Under the pieces are notes generated by a model that worked only from the letters and a program-made list of their open reading frames with translations, made no database searches and was not told the origin of the DNA. Shown here one piece after another: positions 63,697 to 64,000 of a stretch of 64,000 nt of DNA. This DNA comes from Justusliebigvirus VEcB: the sequence record OZ035773.1. One strand, given 5' to 3'. Each line of letters opens with the position of its first letter. Within the stretch, counting starts at the first letter, position 1. The position numbers and the translations under genes were made by a program.

Positions 63697-63931
63697 GCAG
63701 TGTAAAGCTGTAGCAACACAACAAATAAAAGCCCCTGATTCTGTCAGTATGGAAAAACCATCTACCCCTGTTTTATATACCCCTAATCAAATAAAGAAAG
63801 GAGTTACAAGATCAGAGGTAGTTGATAATCAAACTTTAAACAACGCTTTGTGGGAAAAAGATAGGATAAAACTTATCAGTTTACAAAACTATATTAAAAC
63901 ATTACAAAGTGAAGGAATAATTTCTAATTAG
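63602..63931 (+). CDS. o-spanin-like lipoprotein, overlapping i-spanin in another frame
   Basis: lipobox-like LALMMTGC after hydrophobic leader. Confidence 0.5.
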   Translation: MRKHLLALCLVLALMMTGCASSTTASQPLLIEQCKAVATQQIKAPDSVSMEKPSTPVLYTPNQIKKGVTRSEVVDNQTLNNALWEKDRIKLISLQNYIKTLQSEGIISN

Positions 63932-63939
63932 GAGGAGAT

Positions 63940-64000
63940 GTGGCAAGGAAACCTGTCAAACAATCTTTTGAAAATGTAGATATTGAAGTTAAAGCCCAAC
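63940..64000 (+). CDS. partial hypothetical ORF (5' end only; GTG start?)
   Basis: AGGAGG at 63930; runs to window edge. Confidence 0.2.
   Translation, partial: MARKPVKQSFENVDIEVKAQ

Overview
This 64 kb window reads as a segment of a large AT-rich virulent myophage genome with T4-like organisation; that assignment rests on gene content and layout, not on any database search. Four parts are visible. (1) 1-5830 and 7628-19575: plus-strand arrays of small, mostly unannotatable genes driven by sigma70-like promoters followed by conserved 5' stem-loops, with several paralogous gene families. The two arrays are separated by a 1.8 kb gene-free, repeat-dense region (5830-7627). (2) 19677-55081: a minus-strand block of about 70 genes. 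It carries nucleotide metabolism (nrdA, nrdB, glutaredoxin, ThyX, thymidine kinase, MazG-like, HAD nucleotidase), DNA transactions (ATP-dependent ligase, FEN-like and DEDD nucleases, HNH endonuclease), a tRNA-repair-like kinase/ligase/phosphoesterase cassette, a complete dTDP-L-rhamnose pathway (rmlABCD), T4-type lysozyme, and two terminator-bounded operons of special interest: PhoH ATPase + HslV-like peptidase, and C5-methyltransferase + Sir2. It also holds an N6-adenine methyltransferase, a lambda-type protein phosphatase and a serine recombinase. (3) 55493-58191: a Prs-like/NampT-like pair consistent with phage NAD+ reconstitution. (4) 58938-62135: an array of 18 tRNAs with its own promoters, an internal HNH endonuclease, and several structurally atypical members. 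A spanin pair lies at 63268-63931. The strongest candidates for something undescribed are the repeat-dense gene-free region, the PhoH/HslV-like operon, the methyltransferase/Sir2 operon and the atypical tRNA-like RNAs. All product calls come from motif recognition by eye; coordinates of small ORFs absent from the supplied track were derived by manual translation.
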